64,000 bases of DNA from the human T2T-CHM13v2.0 reference genome, Homo sapiens. Shown here piece after piece: positions 15,087 through 28,145 of this stretch (the stretch's first letter is position 1; each line of letters opens with the position of its first letter). The translations under genes and the position numbers were made by a program. A model generated the notes under the pieces. That model was not told the origin of the DNA. It saw only the letters and a list, made by a program, of their open reading frames with translations, and did no database searches. The DNA lies in the NCBI RefSeq assembly GCF_009914755.1, contig NC_060932.1. The stretch is one strand, 5' to 3'.

Positions 15087-16408
15087 TTTTTTTAATAATT
15101 TATTTTAGATTTGGGGGTTTATGTATAAGTTTGTCCCATGGGTATTTTGGATGATACTGAGGTTTAGGTAAGGATCTCATCACCCAATAATGAGCTTAGT
15201 ACCAAACAGGTGATTTTTCAACCTACACGCTCCTCACTCCATCCCCACTCTAGTCGTGTCTGTTCTCATCTTTATGTTCATATGTACACAATGTTTAGCT
15301 CCCACTTACAAGTGAGAACATGAGGTATTTGGTTTTCTGTTTCTGTGTTAATTCACTTAGGATAATGGCCTCCAGCTGAATTCCTATTGATGTAAAGGAG
15401 ATGATTTTGTTCTTTTTGGCTGCATAGTATTCCATGGTGCATACATACCACATTTTCTTTATCTAGTCCGTCATTGATGTGGTATATATGTACCATGGAA
15501 TCAACCTGGGTTGATTTCATTTTTTTGCTGATGTGCATAGGGCTGTAGTAAACATAAGAGTGCATGGGTCTTTTTGGTGGAGTGATTTATTTTTCTTTGG
15601 GTGTATACCCAGTAAGGGGGTTGCTGGGCCAAAGGTAGCACTGTGTTAAGTTTTTTGAGAAATCTCGAAACTGTTTTCCACAGTAGCTGCTCTAATTTAC
15701 ATTCCCGACAACAGTGCATAAGCATTCCCTTTTCCCCACGACCTCACCGGTATGTGCTTTTTGACTCTAATCATAGCCATTCTGACTGGAGTGAGATGGT
15801 ATCTCATTGTGGTTTTGATTTGCATTTCTCTGCTGAGTAATGATAATGAACATTTTTTCATATGTTTACTGGCCACTTGTCTGTCTTTTAAGAAATACCT
15901 GTTCATATCCTTTTTCTACTTTTTAATGGGGTTGTTTTTTGCTTGTGGATTTAAGTTCCGTGTAGATTCTGGATACTAGATGTTTGTCAGATGCATAGCT
16001 AGCAAAAATTTTCTCCCATTCTGTAGGTTGTCTGTTTACTCTGTCTTGTTGTTTTGCGGTGCAGAGGCTCATTAATCAGTCCCACTTGCCAGTTTTTATT
16101 TGCAATTGCCTTTGGAGACTTAGTAAAAAAAATTCTTTGCCAAGGCCAATGTTGAGACAGGCATTTCCTAGGTTTTCTTCTAGGATTTTTAAAGTTTTAG
16201 GTGTTACATTTACTTTTCATCTATATGGTGAAGGGTAGGGGCCAAGTTTCATTCTTGTGCATATGGCTAGCCAGTTATCCCAGCAACATTTATTGGATAG
16301 AGAGTCCTCTCCCCATTGCTTGTTTTTGTCAACTTTTTTAAAGATCAGATGGTTGAGAGTGTGCAGCTTTATTTCTGCGATTTCTATTCTGTTCCATTGG
16401 TCTGTGTG
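15087..16408 (-). mobile_element. 5'-truncated LINE-1 (old L1PA/L1PB), ORF2 end plus 3' UTR
   Basis: The ORF track shows [17 protein letters not shown] and LWKTV fragments. Degenerate TSD gaggacatact/gaggagatact. Confidence 0.9.
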
Positions 16409-18426
16409 GAGGAGATACTGTTAATTATGTGTTTATTGTATATCCTGTCTTAAGGTAAATAAGAAATTTGTAGTAAATTTTTAAATCTTACAATATTTAT
16501 TGTAGCAATATGATACTCAATTTATTAAATCACCGTTTTCAACTCCTCTCTTGGTAGATGTTTGTTTCTCTAACTCCAGCTCCCAGCCACCCCCAAATTA
16601 ATTATTCATGTTGTGTATGTGCTTGTGTGTGTATGAAAGTGAGCTGGAAAACATATTTTAAAACTTTCAAATTATTCCTTTTTGATGTGATTTTTATTTT
16701 TGATGTGGCACAACTACTATGATTAATATTTCCCAGGTCAGAATGCATCTGCCTCATTATGGCATTTTATTTTCACAGGTGTAGTATCTCATGTGGCTGC
16801 CGTGGTTCCTTTAATAATTATTAACCCCTCCCTGCACTGAGTTCCTCTGCCTTCCCATATACAAGTACTTGAGTAGCATTATTTTGTTCCACTGCATAGG
16901 ATCAAGTAATTATCTTCTGTCTTACTTGATCACACATTTCAAGCCTCATTTCTGATAGAGCACAACCCAATGGGGCTACTAAAAAGGAGCAAAGGGAATG
17001 AAAAGAGTGCTTTATTCTTCTGAAAAATAAAAAAGGAGATGGAAGGAAAAGAAAAGAAAGACGTGTTAGATAAAATGACAGATTTGGGAAGTATAGAGTA
17101 AATAATTTTGTAATTAATTATAGGTTTTTATAAACAAAGTTGTTACTATGCTGTATCTGGGTCCTGGTATGTGTCATACAGGGATATTCTATAATTTTCA
17201 AAAATGTTTTTTTTATTTTATGATACTCACAAACTCATTTTTTGCTTTATTTTCTCCCAATATTCATTTGAAGTTCAGCTGCATGAGTGTTGTCTGAAAT
17301 GAAATGTCAGAGGCTACAGTTGGATGCTATTAAATGTTTGTGTTGTTTCACAATTCATATTCAAAACTTAGAAGATATTCCTGTAGAGTTGCATAAAAAT
17401 TGACACATTTGCAGACCATATTTTGACAAAGCCGTACCTTATGTACTCCATGATTGCCAGAATTGCAGTTAAACTTGGTTTGGTTTATATATTGGAAAAA
17501 ATTTTAAAAATCATAGTTCCTTATTATAGAATCATATAGATCTGTTTGATTTTCCTTATTTTCTTCTGCTTTAATCTTTCTCTATTTTACAAATAACTTC
17601 AAATATTTTTCAAATTGTTTAGAATTCTCTGAAGTGAATAAAAGGTGTATTGTGCAAATTATGTGTTCTTAAAAGATGTTTAGATATTTCTTAAGAGATT
17701 AACACTAATTTCTACTTATATATTTAAATAAATTTTATTTAAATATCTTTGTCTTTTATTCTAAACGTACTTTAATTGGCTCAGATTAAGTATTTAAATT
17801 TTATAAGCATGTTTAGATTGTACTAACTGCAGTGAATCTTGTTTAAATATCCAAAATACTATATGCAAAAGCAACATATTTTATTATGCATCTGCTTTAG
17901 AGTAAAATCTTCTCAATCATACTAAAAAGGAAATGAGAAAATAAAGTACTGCTCGTATTTTCAGCTTTCCTGGGACAGAGGAATATTGAAAACCTAGACC
18001 GCAGCACATTCGACTATAACATATGTCCTCAGTTTCTTTGTAAGACAAACAGTAACAATATTTTGACACTACTACCTGCCATGGAGGGAGTTTTCTCCCC
18101 TCTGGTTTTCACTTAGACCATATTTTCTCTCTCCAAGCTTTTATTCCTTGCTTTCTATAACATGCTCTTACTGAGGCAATACTAACCAAAAACCTAAAAT
18201 TATTGCATAGCATCGGAAAAGATCAAAATTATATTAAGCATTCTAACAATGCAAATGTTCCTGCTAATATAGCCAATGCTTCATAACGCAAGAGGCAATA
18301 ATCTTGTTTGTGGTTTATAACATGTTTTGTTTTGATCACTCTGGGGCATGTTAGTACTTGTAAGAACTCTATAAAAGAAGAAAACCTCCAGAAGACTTAG
18401 ATCAGTCAATTTTGTTGTTTTCATAC

Positions 18427-18482
18427 CACAAATAGTACATTTTCATTGAGAAGACACAAATAGTACATTTTCATTGAGAAGA
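18427..18482. repeat. Perfect 28-bp tandem duplication
   Basis: cacaaatagtacattttcattgagaaga occurs twice with no mismatch. Confidence 0.95.
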
Positions 18483-18578
18483 ATGTGGAAAATAATGAAC
18501 ACATTGGATACCTGTATCCAAATACCTGTTTGTTGTACCTGTATGTACCATGAACTGTTAAATGTAAGTATACTGTAA

Positions 18579-18752
<174 letters not shown>

Positions 18753-20201
18753 TAATATCTTTATACTAACATGAATGTTTTTATTTTTAACTAATAGAAC
18801 AGAGTTTCAGTGGTTAATATATAATTAAGGATGAATGTAAAGTTGCTGTGTGGTTTTTTTAAATTCAGTTAAGCAAGTTTTTGAGCACCTGCCATGTGTT
18901 CAGCATAGTGAAGTACACAAAGGAGATATAAGGCATGGTTCTTGTTCCCTGACAGCATATAGTTTCTTTCTAGACATACATATTTTTATATAACAAATGA
19001 GGTTTAAGCTCATTTTGAGGACTTGAAAATTTTTATCTTCCCTTAGTTTGTCGTGATTTCGACTTCATTTGCAAGATTGTTTTCTCATATAATTCACTGT
19101 TCATTGTCTAATAAACTTTGTATTATCTTTTGAATTCTACAAAATTTTAACTTTTCAAAATAAGAGCCAACATGAAAGGGAAAAGTTAAGTAATAAAATA
19201 ATTTCTGGTCATTATAAATCATCATAACGAGTATCTCATAAGATTTTCACCAACAAATATATTGAAAATTCAAAGGCCGCATTATTATTACCAAACTATA
19301 GTTTCAGTAAAGCACACTACAGAAGAGGTGCCCGATTACAGTTGTTCAGCTTATGAATTAGGCATATATTCATTCTTGAGCTTTTTCCTCCTTCAAGTTT
19401 TCTTAAATAACTTACACTTTTTCTTTCTCTAAGGAGTCCTTCTTTTAGGTTAGCTCATTTCTAATGAGTAAAAGCTCAGTATTTCCTTTTTCAGAGATTT
19501 TGAAGACTCTGGTTAGGTAGTAGAACCAGTGATATGTTGATAGAAAATAAAAGCTCCTCAAAGCCTACATTTCTTCCACCTGTGAGCAGTGGACATTTTT
19601 AGAACGTTTCCACACAGATCATAGCAGCAATATATAGCTTTATCAGGGAAAAAACTAATCCCATAAAAGGGAGATCTGACTTTGGGATTATAATACAAGA
19701 ATAAGACCCTTCAGCCCCACCCCCTCTATTTTCATATGTGGCCAGAGGTACATTTCCAATTCTCTTCTTCCCACACCCATTAAAAATAAATATACCAAGG
19801 GAATGGAAGAAATGTGGGTATCAGATTTTCTGACACCCTGCCTGCAGTGTAAATTTTTAAAAATATCTGTTCTGAGGGCAGCAAGGGTTATGAGAGAGGC
19901 AAGCAGAGTCTTCAGGTTTTTCATTTTACTCTTGACTTTAGAGAGCCAGCCAATTTTGGTTTTGATGATGTGAAATAATCAAATCCAAGATTAAGTAATA
20001 TCCAAGAAAGATGAAGTTTTTTTTTTTTTTCTTTTGCCCTGCTCTAGGATTGAGAATCATGTTTTTGTATGATTGGTACTTAGTTTGGCCTGTGTTCTAT
20101 AATGGAAACTGTAAATTAAGAAAAATAGAAATCCTCTGTATTTTATCTAGGATGCCAAAAACACTTGAAAATTAATCCATTTTCATCTATAGCACTTATA
20201 G

Positions 20202-20561
<360 letters not shown>

Positions 20562-23500
20562 TGAGATTCTTAAGCCCTATTTAGTTGACAGGAAGTAGGG
20601 AAGGGTAAAGGGCAAATTCTAACTTTCCTTGTATATCAGAGCATGTAATGATACTAAAATATCATTCCCTATCTAGATTATTATCTGACAGCAATATAAT
20701 GACTAGGAAAAGTGGAGAAAAAAATATTTTACTAGTTTTTTATAATGTTGCACTTGACAGCCCTATTTTTGTTACGATAGGAAGAGTTTAAGTTTGTACT
20801 TCTTTTAGTTTGTACTTTTTTTTTCAAGTAGTAGTTGTCATTTAGTATAATAACTCTCTACTGCTCTGGGGTTATGTTGTTGTTGTTTTTAACGGAGGCT
20901 GGACATAGAAACTACCCAGAAAGCTTTGGAAAATACATATCCTTGGCCTCACCATAGATATAAATAGTAAGCACATCTGAACCAGCATACATGCCACTTA
21001 CGTTATTTCTGTGTGAATGTGGCATTTGAACAGTCTTCTTATGTAACCAGCCCCACACTCCTGTCAGCTCCCCACCAGCCTAACAGGAGATAGATTTGCC
21101 TTCAGCAGGCCTCATAATGCTAGAAATATAGATGAAACTCTTGTAAGAAGTCAGAGATGGAAATTATTTTTTAGAGTGGTTTGTGAATATGAAATTTGAC
21201 ATAGTTTAGATGAAAACCCTAAGGAGGAGCTGCCAAGAAACAGAATCAGAAGAGAGCCTATCAAAGAAGCTTGGGACACCAGGTGTGCTAAACAGTGTGA
21301 CCTGCTGTGTAGAGAAATGGCAGGCAGGCCTCTGGCTGCTATAACAGCTCTTCACAGTGCTCCATCATCTCCTGTGCTATTGTGTGGGTTTACGAGATTG
21401 ACTTAGGCAAGCTAAATAGAGTTTGGGTTGCTCTGTTAGGCAACTTTAGATTCAACTAGCCAAAAGGCAATCAGGGTATTTTAGGTAATGGGAGGTTTAT
21501 TGGAGAGAGATATGGAGAAGCAAGGAAGACAATTAAAAAAAAACCTAATTGCCACATAGCTAGGTGTCTCAGATGTTGGAAAAAGTTCAGAAAATAGGTC
21601 ATTCAACAACAGAAATCCATTGCTTCAGAGGTAACTCAAATGGCTAATCTCTTGCTCCAATCCTTCCACTGTTATTACTGAGTAATGTCTTTATACTGTT
21701 CTCTTCAGCTGATTAGAGCCTTCTATGTCCCTTTGGCTCCCACCTATATATACTACCGGTTCTCACTCTCTCAACATGATTTTGTGAATTTTCTAGGAGG
21801 AAGTGATTGGCTAAGTTTTTCATCCCCCAGTATAGGGGCGTCTGATTTAAGTAGAACTTTGAAGCCAGTCTACCCTTTGGACTCCTTGGAGGTGTTCAAA
21901 GAGCTCACTGAATGTAAATTAATTGTCTGTTTCTTAGGCACATCCAAAAGAAGCCAAATACAATGACAAGTACCTATAAAAGTTAACACCACCAAATATG
22001 TGACCAGAGTAGTATTTAATTCAGTTCATGTATTTGGGAAAAAGGTGTGCAGGATAGATCTTTGATCCTAAGAGATCGTTCTCAAAACTCTGTGGCTTCT
22101 TATTCCTACACCATGCACAGCTGAGTCAGAATCTCCAAGTGTGGGTTTTAAGAATCAGGTGAATAGTTACCCAGGTAAATCTGATATAACCATTTTATGA
22201 GCCTGTCTTAGGGAACTAAGTGATAAAGGATTTCACAATTGCCTCTCAGTTTTAAATTTGAGTTGTTAAATGCTTTATAGACATGCCGTGGTGCTTACTG
22301 TGAAATCTTCTGTTTGGAGAAAATACATACATCCATGAACCGGGGAATAACAATATAAAGTGTCACAAGCTAAGTGGCTGGCAGATCTGTTGTATGGAAA
22401 TAATTTACAGGTGAGAAAGATCACTGTGGGTCTGAGAAAGGAAGACTCCAGAAGAAGGCTTGAATTAGGCTAAAATTCAACACAGCATTTAGACAAAGGA
22501 GAGAGGAGGGGCTGAGGGTATTTCATGAGCCGAAAGTCATAATTTGTGTACAAAGGAATGGGAAGAGAAATATGTTCATGGTATATTCTGAGGATTATGA
22601 GTATACTGCTATGGTGTGACAGCCTTAATATGTACTACTCAATAGTGAACGTTTCTGGTTTAAAATACATTAATTAGACAGAAAGAAATATATGAAAAGG
22701 AAGATATATACACAAAAGGAAATATTCTTAACCAATTTGGGTGAATTTTATGACAGTTCTCTAATTCAAATTCTAGATGTTTGCAAAACTAATAATTATT
22801 TTTCCAGATGAGTTTTTGGGATTTTTTCCAGAACATCATAGTGTTCTGGTATTTTAGTACTGCAAAGGATCATGGAGATCATATCACTGAAATTCATTTT
22901 ATAGATGAGACCAAGAGAGTATCTTTATTTTATGACAGAAGCAGAAAATCTGACTCTGCTTACTTGTCTCTCCTGTGCCATGTTTTGTGTAGAAAAACGT
23001 GATTCGTATATTCCTATAAGTAGAAAATTATCCCAGAATCAAAGTTGAAAATAACATGAGGTCAAATGTATAATGACCTCAATAATCTGATAGCCAAAGC
23101 CTCTAAGAAAAATGTTGACAATTAGATAAATGTTCAGCACCAAGATAATAACTTACTTTGGCCTCTTCAATTCTTGTGAGCTCCAGAAGTTCAAGAGATG
23201 ACGATTTTACTCAAGGAAAAACTTCCTTATTCTTGAACTTGGTACAAATATATGCAATGAAACAAAAGGAAATCTACATAAAAACTAAGGGACACTGACA
23301 AAATCTACTTATTAAACAAATTTAAGTAATTTTTATATCTTATTCTTTACTAATGAAAGCTGCTATAGTTTACATAGATGTGATTCCCTTTTTATGTTTT
23401 TTCTAATCCTATAATGTTCTCTTCATGTATCCTCAGATCATTTCTGAGATTTGTTCTTTCTTATCTGAATTTCATGACTTAGTTATCCAGCTATTCTACT

Positions 23501-24844
23501 GTCCAATTTAAAAAATCCCTCTAATTATATCTTCCCAGATCACATTAAAGCCTTCTAATATGTCCGTTCAGCTCTTTTGAGAACTGTCATTTAATCGTTT
23601 TCCTACATTCTATGGATATACTGTAAATTGTTCAGCAAGCTTTCATAAATCCTTATGGTGCTCACAGATAACCCTTCTTGTGATCATTCATACGTGAATT
23701 ATTTTGCTCTCTCAGGTTTATATAGTATAACTGTTCCCTTCATGACATTTACAGTATCCTCCTAAACCAACAAAATACAGTGGACATGGGAGCATTATGA
23801 ACAAAAAACCAGTTTTCCATTTAAAAAGTTTTAATCCCTTTTGTTAGTCTAGCACATGTATATGTGCTAAAGTTAACTTAGTAATAATATATTTTACTTG
23901 GAGTCATCTTTTTATTCCATTGCATTAGTTTCCTTCTTAAATAAGCTTTCGTTTTCTTCTCAGTTATTTTATCAACTCTCTTGTGAATGATGATGATAAC
24001 TGCCTGACAAACATCGAAAACAAATGTGACTAAAAGACTGCAGAGATATATAGCAGAGATTTGGACACACCCTGAGCCAAATTACAAAAACCTGACAGTA
24101 CAGGGAAAGCAAATATATATCTATTCAATTAGTTAACTAAAGAAAGAGCAAATGTGATGGCAAAAGCAAGTGTCAAAGAGGGAACAAATAGAGGGAACAA
24201 ATGAAGGAGAAGAAGAAATAATTCTGATAGTAGTTGAAAGGTGAGATACTGATAAAGAAGAGAAAGACCTTTTCCCATCGAATTATCCTGTGGTGAACAT
24301 AGCACCACGTTGTTAAAGAATATTTTGGTATTCCTGGAAGCATTTACCTGTGGCACCAGCATTATATGACATGTTTTAAAAACTACTCACATCAGATAAA
24401 GGCAGTCTGTAGAAAACGAGAGAATGAAATGCAGGAAAGAATTATTCTAGAAAGAGGAAAACGCACAACACATACTCCCGAAGGTATTTCCTGGCCTTTA
24501 GTACTTCTGCAAAGACATTTGTAGATGTCCATTTTCTAAGAACATTAGGCTGTACAATAGTAAATCATAAACTCTAGGGACCAAGAGCTGAACCACTCCA
24601 ACCATCCAAGACAGAAATAAATACATTGAAGTAGGCTGACAAGAGGAGAAAAATAGTTTCTCAACCAAGACTCTATCCTTGACTTCCCCAATTTTAACAT
24701 GAATACATGTTGCAGAGATCAACTGCTAGTACAGACACACATTCTTCTTCACAGTAGCTCTTGGAAAGCTTCCTACTTCTACTTTGGATCATACCTGTAC
24801 TTGGGATAAGACACTTAAGTTACCCTTTAGTGAAAATGCACATT

Positions 24845-26050
24845 TGAACATAACACCTTCTACTTTTTTTCCTTTTCTTAAGAAAAGCACCTTTAGTAAT
24901 GGCCTTTAGGCTCCAATGCCAAAGTACTTGCTTGGGTGTTATGCCTCCGCCTTTTAGCCCTCAGTGTCTTCGTTTTGCATTTTTGTGAATTATAAACTGT
25001 TGTACCACTGATATACAGGACTGTATCCATAATTATCTTTATGTACAGAACCGTGATCATAATTGTCTTTAAACTAATTTTTTTTACATTTTTTCCTCAC
25101 AATTTTGAATTTTATTTAAAATACAGTCCTTAAGTTCTTCTATCTGAAGTGATCCTGTTCGGCTTATTCATTTTTATTTTAATCTTAAGCCTTACAAAAC
25201 CTTAAACATCTATGCCCTTCATCATATTTTTTCAGTACTTCATAGTACTTTCAAAATTGTTGTTTTCTTTGCTGACACAGGTACCTGCTAAAGGATAAAA
25301 ATCTACTTTAAATATTTATCCTATAGTCTTAAATCTTCCCCTAAAGTTTACCCTTAACAGTTTACGTATGAATCTGTCTCATGCCATTACTAAATTCTCT
25401 CAGATTGTCTTTTAAATTTAATAGGCAAACTTCCCTGATTGGAATACCCAGCCTGCTCGTTACTAGCTGTGTGACCTTGGGCAAGTTACTTAACTTTTGT
25501 CAAGCTAAGTTCTCATTTATAAATGGAGATGATTTGTCATATGTCGTTCAACTATTAGAAAGATTACATGAGAGAATGCTTGGAAATCACTTAGCACATT
25601 GCCTGGTACATAGTACTGATTACTCAATAAATGTTTGATGCTAATTATCATTAATTCTGATATAAATATTTAAATTCATTTTTATTTAATCTTCTGCTAA
25701 AAAGTTTTTCTTTACGCTAAAGATTAAGTAGTTTTGTCTCATAGTTGCATGATTCAGTTGAATGAAGAAAAGATTTTCCCTGAACCTTTTGATGAGCTTA
25801 GTTGGGCTCCTGGGTCTCTTGAAATTGTCAGTGAAATAGTAGGGTTACTATGAATTTGATCTAATTACCATCTGAGCCAGCAATTATAAACAACAGTTTA
25901 TAATTCACAAAAATGCAAAATGAAGACATTGAGGGCTAAAAGGCAGAGGCATAACACCCAAGCAAGTACTTTGGCACTGGAGCCTAAAGGCCATTACTAA
26001 AGGTGATTTTCTTAAAAAAAGAAAAAAAAAAGTAGAAGGTGTTATGTTCA
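24845..26050. repeat. Long inverted repeat with arms 24845-25003 and 25890-26050 and an 886-nt spacer
   Basis: Manual reverse-complement alignment shows 5 substitutions outside one variable T/A tract over about 160 bp. Confidence 0.95.
25430..25650 (+). mobile_element. MIR (inside the inverted-repeat spacer)
   Basis: ttactagctgtgtgaccttgggcaagttacttaac ... cacttagcacattgcctggtacatagt ... ctcaataaatgtt. Confidence 0.88.
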
Positions 26051-26349
26051 GAAAGGAAGAAATATGATTTCAGTAGTAGCAATGAATTCATTTTATATAT
26101 TACATGAACTTTAGTGCTTGCCCCATTTTCTAAGAAGAGCAAAGTGCTAGCAAGGACATCATATTCTTCACATATGGGTAACTACCTTATCAATATTTTT
26201 CACTGGCACTCTGTGCTCACAAAAGTTTCCTTTAGAAGATGTCTGTAGTAACATCTAAGATACATCAAGTCTCTGCTTTTGAGACATGAGACATTTCTAG
26301 TAATTCTGTCACTTTGCTTCCTAACTGTTCATTAGACTCTGTCTTAGGG

Positions 26350-26930
26350 AGGTCGTATGATATAATGGAAAAATAACAGTAATTAGGAGAAGACCCGAGC
26401 TCAAGGTTGGGGTTTAATTCTGTGTATTAGCTAGAGCTCTAGCTCTGCATTTAGACAAATCCAGGTTTGAATTTTGGTTCCTCTTAACTAACTTTGGGGC
26501 TTAAAGTTAGTTACTTACCTTCCAAGTCTCATTTTTCTGCAGCTCTAGTTACCTCTCTCTCTATATTTAACTTGGTTAAGCCTGTTTCTTAATCTGTAAA
26601 CTTGGTATGATAAAACCTACCTCAGAATTTTATGGGGATAAATTATATAATCAGTTCGTAGTCCCTGAAATGTAGTAGGTTCTCAATAAAAAGTACTCAC
26701 TTTCACTTACCTCCTCTTCAGCTATACTAGCCATTTCAGCAACTGATTATTCAGTAGTACTTTGTCGCATTATGTTTTTCATTAAGTATTCATTTACAGT
26801 TGTTTCATGTGTTTGTCTTTTTTTTCTAGATTATAAGGTATTTGTGTCTTTGATAAAAACCTTTTATATATCTCCAAAGTGCTAAGCACATAGTAGGTGC
26901 TCATCATATACTTGTTAGTTGAATCTGTTT
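26350..26930 (+). mobile_element. Degraded MIR fragments and an L2/MIR-type 3' tail
   Basis: tttcttaatctgtaaacttggtatgataaaacctacctcag, tagtaggttctcaataaa and gcacatagtaggtgctca. Confidence 0.6.
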
Positions 26931-27145
26931 ACTTGAAAATTTTATTCCTTGTCTACTTCCATTAAATGCAACTGGAACCATTAAAATACAAATACAGTGA
27001 GGCTTATTGGCTTGCCACAGCTCCAGAAGATGCAGTCCATACCAAATGACACCCCCTGGAGTTGTCAGGTTGTTCTTCATAGTTGAAGGTGTGTGGAAAA
27101 ATAGTTAGTTATTCCCCAAACTCGAGCTCTAAAGCTAACTATCAT

Positions 27146-27428
27146 GGCTGGGCGTGGTACCTCAGGCCTCACGCCTAGCACATTGGGAGGCTGAGGCAGG
27201 AGAATTTCCTGAGGCCAAGAATTTGAGACCAGTCTGAGCAAGATGGTGTCTCTACAAAAAATTTAAAAAATTAGCCTGGCATGGTGGCACACGCCTGTAG
27301 TCCCAGCTACTGGGGAAGCTGAGGTGGAAATATCACTCGAGCCCAGGAGTTTGAGGCTGCAAGTGAGCTATGATTGTGCCACTGCACTCCAGCCTGTGCC
27401 ACAGACTGAGAATCTGTCTCTAAAAAAA
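27146..27428 (+). mobile_element. Alu (AluJ-like, diverged)
   Basis: Dimeric Alu with gagcccaggagtttgaggctgca...gtgagctatgattgtgcc. Confidence 0.9.
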
Positions 27429-28074
27429 CTCGTTCTTAAAAAAGAGGTATCGCAGTTCCAATTCTAAGCTGGGTGATAACAAGTGAAAAACAGAATATAT
27501 AAATTAAGCTTACAGTGGACACAGAAAGTGGCTTCCATTGTCTTAAAACGAAACTGATAGTTTCTAATGTCGTTGGTTACCTTGAGATGAAAATGGAATG
27601 ATATTCAGTAAGGAAATGTACAGAATAACAGCTAAAAATGAAAGGCATTCATACCAATTTTGAAAAAAGTATGATAGTGAACAAGTACAGCAAGGCAAAA
27701 ATTCCAGCATGTAGAGGGTATAGCAATTTTGCATTGATTTGTACATCTTAACAACCTTAAGCTGTACAAATAGAACAATAATATCTAAATGGTGTGATGA
27801 TCAGCCCACAGTACACATCATTGATGAGAATTTCACTGGTCTCAACCTTTCTCATGCTGAGTCCTGGCTTTGTAAAATGACTTATAAAGGTCCAAGGATT
27901 TAGAGATGATTAAGAGATAAGCTGGCATTCTGTAAAGGCACCATCGTCTATCCCCTGTCTTATCTAGATAAAGAATGTAGTGCTAAATCTTGTAATAATA
28001 TTGTACAAATGGAAATTCAATCTTAAGGATTATTTTTTCCATATTGTTGTATTTCATTGTGGTGTATTGGAAAG

Positions 28075-28093
28075 TGATCTGGACTTTGAGTGA
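28075..28093 (+). CDS. TUSC3: TUSC3 alternative C-terminus (S)DLDFE*, the coding part of cassette exon 10 (exon spans 28075-28139)
   Basis: AG from the previous exon joined to T GAT CTG GAC TTT GAG TGA reproduces the known SDLDFE end. Acceptor ggaaag ends at 28074. Donor CAG|gcaagt starts at 28140. Confidence 0.9.
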
Positions 28094-28136
28094 GAAGATG
28101 TGATTTGGACCATGGCACTTAAAAACTCTATAACCT

Positions 28137-28145
28137 CAGGCAAGT
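28137..28145 (+). promoter_or_regulatory. Non-canonical GC-AG 5' splice site CAG|GCAAGT
   Basis: Otherwise perfect U1 consensus with C at +2. It yields the 65-nt exon length recalled for this gene. Confidence 0.82.

Noticed and set aside
22789-23002. Acceptor-like site followed directly by an ATG ORF of 64 aa
   Set aside because: No matching donor and no recognisable protein similarity. Such sites are common in AT-rich introns.
24845-26050. Interpreting the inverted repeat as the TIRs of a DNA transposon
   Set aside because: No TSD or recognisable TIR terminus is visible and there is no transposase remnant. The arms are much less diverged than the enclosed MIR.
27794-27860. Possible box C/D snoRNA (GTGATGA ... 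TTGATGA ... CTGA)
   Set aside because: There is no D' box, no convincing terminal stem and no guide I can verify. It also lies about 215 nt from the acceptor. The motifs are expected by chance, and snoscan or small-RNA data would be needed.
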